DNA of 17,021 nt from Planctomycetota bacterium (GTDB lineage: Bacteria > Planctomycetota > SZUA-567 > H5-PLA8). Numbering within the stretch: position 1 is the first letter of the stretch; each line of letters starts with the position of its first letter. Shown piece by piece: positions 16,219 to 17,021 of this stretch. The position numbers and the translations under genes were made by a program. The notes beneath the pieces were generated by a model. The model saw only the letters and a list, made by a program, of their open reading frames with translations, searched no databases and had not been told where the DNA came from. The stretch lies in the NCBI GenBank assembly GCA_045863855.1, contig BTVV01000133.1, forward strand, positions 1 to 17,021, in the 5' to 3' direction.

Positions 16219-16245
16219 CCAAATACGAAATGACTTCGTTTTTGG
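16219..16245. repeat. 11-bp-arm inverted repeat (operator or hairpin)
   Basis: CCAAATACGAA-ATGAC-TTCGTTTTTGG, one mismatch; about 80 nt upstream of the gene at 16326. Confidence 0.45.
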
Positions 16246-16325
16246 CTCCGCCCCGTAGCACCCCGAAAGCGCGTGGAAGAATTCCGATTCGCCATAGAAT
16301 CCCCTGCTTCCCATAGGAACCGCCC

Positions 16326-16499
16326 ATGCCCTCCTTCGCCACCACCCTCAAATCCGAAGTCTCCCGCATCGCCCGTAAAGAATCGCGCGCCCAAGCCGCC
16401 CCGCTCCATCGCGCCTTGACTCAATATCGCCGCGACGTAGCCGCCCTGAAGCGCCAGGTATCGCGCCTTTGTCACAGGCCGTGTACTTTCCTGAGTTAG
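16326..16499 (+). pseudogene. Truncated small DNA-binding protein (coiled-coil N-terminus of an XRE-type HTH family)
   Basis: AGGA RBS, TAGAAT at 16295. MPSFATTLKSEVSRIARKESRAQAAPLHRALTQYRRDVAALKRQVSRL resembles the recalled MPNIASVLKEEIARLARKE..EIAALKR family; similarity ends at 16469 and no HTH follows. Not in the supplied ORF track (57 aa). Confidence 0.7.
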
Positions 16500-16515
16500 G
16501 GGACGTGAAGCTTTA
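16470..16515 (+). mobile_element. IS/transposon-end-like segment starting TGT
   Basis: TGTCACAGGCCGTGTACTTTCCTGAGTTAGGGG begins exactly where the upstream gene loses family similarity; TG/TGT termini are typical of DDE elements. Confidence 0.4.
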
Positions 16516-16579
16516 GTGCGCCGGTCACACCGGTGGAAAGTGGAGGATGAAAGTTCCTTACGGGAAAGGCCTAGCGAGT
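16516..16579 (+). mobile_element. Group II intron 5' end stub
   Basis: Starts with the consensus GTGCG, then CCGGT-CAC-ACCGG and GGATGAAAGTTCCTTACGGGAAAGGCCTAGCGA, resembling recalled domain I openings; resemblance is lost after about 64 nt. Confidence 0.65.
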
Positions 16580-16653
16580 GTCCTCCTCGCCGTAATGTTT
16601 GGCAGTTGTGTGCGCTAGAATAGGGGATTAATTCCCTCCTCCAAGCCGGAGGT

Positions 16654-16959
16654 TTGAGCCACAAGAAAGGAAGGGACGGGTTGGCGCCGGAGGCCGAAGA
16701 GCCCGATGCTTCGGGCGAGGTGCACGAAGAGGCTTTGTCGGAATCGGTCGAAGTAGGGTTGCCGGACAATGCGGAAGACGTGGATCCGGACGCCGAGCCC
16801 GATGACGACGAGTGGGCGGAGGCGCACAGTCCGCTGCCCGACGAGGTCCCCGAAGCGGTCTTGGAAGAAGCGTTAACACCAGGGCCGGAGTTGGAAGGGA
16901 AGCCGCTGGTTGGGTACCGCTGTTTTCGACCGCCCTTCACAACTCACGCGGGACCTTGA
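16654..16959 (+). pseudogene. Highly acidic ORF, probably the truncated N-terminus of a larger protein (possibly a transposase)
   Basis: GGAGG immediately upstream of the TTG start; D/E/P-rich up to GKPLVG (about 16914), after which it reads through the inverted repeat at 16917. Confidence 0.4.
16917..16939 (-). repeat. Right copy of the 23-bp imperfect inverted repeat
   Basis: Reverse complement TGAAGGGCGGTCGAAAACAGCGG versus the left copy TGAAGGGCGGTTGAAAAGTGCGG. Confidence 0.65.
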
Positions 16960-17021
16960 ATCCGTGCTTGGGCAGACCGAGCACGGCCGACGCACAGCCG
17001 AATACCACCAGCGGAGCGCCG
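16937..17021 (-). CDS. Possible 3' end of a gene entering from beyond the window
   Basis: Open minus frame GAPLVVFGCASAVLGLPKHGFKVPREL* with mostly G/C third positions; its TGA coincides with the outer end of the inverted repeat. Confidence 0.35.
   Translation of the reverse strand, partial: GAPLVVFGCASAVLGLPKHGFKVPREL

Overview
High-GC bacterial window, a mosaic of four intact modules separated by mobile-element debris. (1) A DUF2264/GH154-like gene (764-2662, -). (2) A CusR/CusS-like two-component system (3648-5767) heading an operon that encodes a three-domain predicted lipoprotein (YVTN beta-propeller + EB_dh/DOMON-like heme domain + DUF1080-like domain), a Cj0069-family ATP-grasp protein and a DUF1080-like gene cut off at 9722. 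(3) A ThuA / Gfo-Idh-MocA / TIM-barrel isomerase operon divergent from an AraC regulator (9744-13475), suggestive of 3-keto-glycoside catabolism. (4) A MarR + ClC-CBS pair whose anion-selectivity residues are non-canonical (13641-15975). Debris includes a frameshifted group II intron RT fragment (347-627), a separate intron 5' stub (16516-16579) nested in an IS-like end that truncates a small HTH-family gene, orphan IS-end-like motifs, and a 23-bp imperfect inverted repeat pair (13492-13514 / 16917-16939) bracketing the MarR-ClC segment. No rRNA, tRNA or CRISPR array seen. All family calls come from motif recognition by eye, not from database searches.
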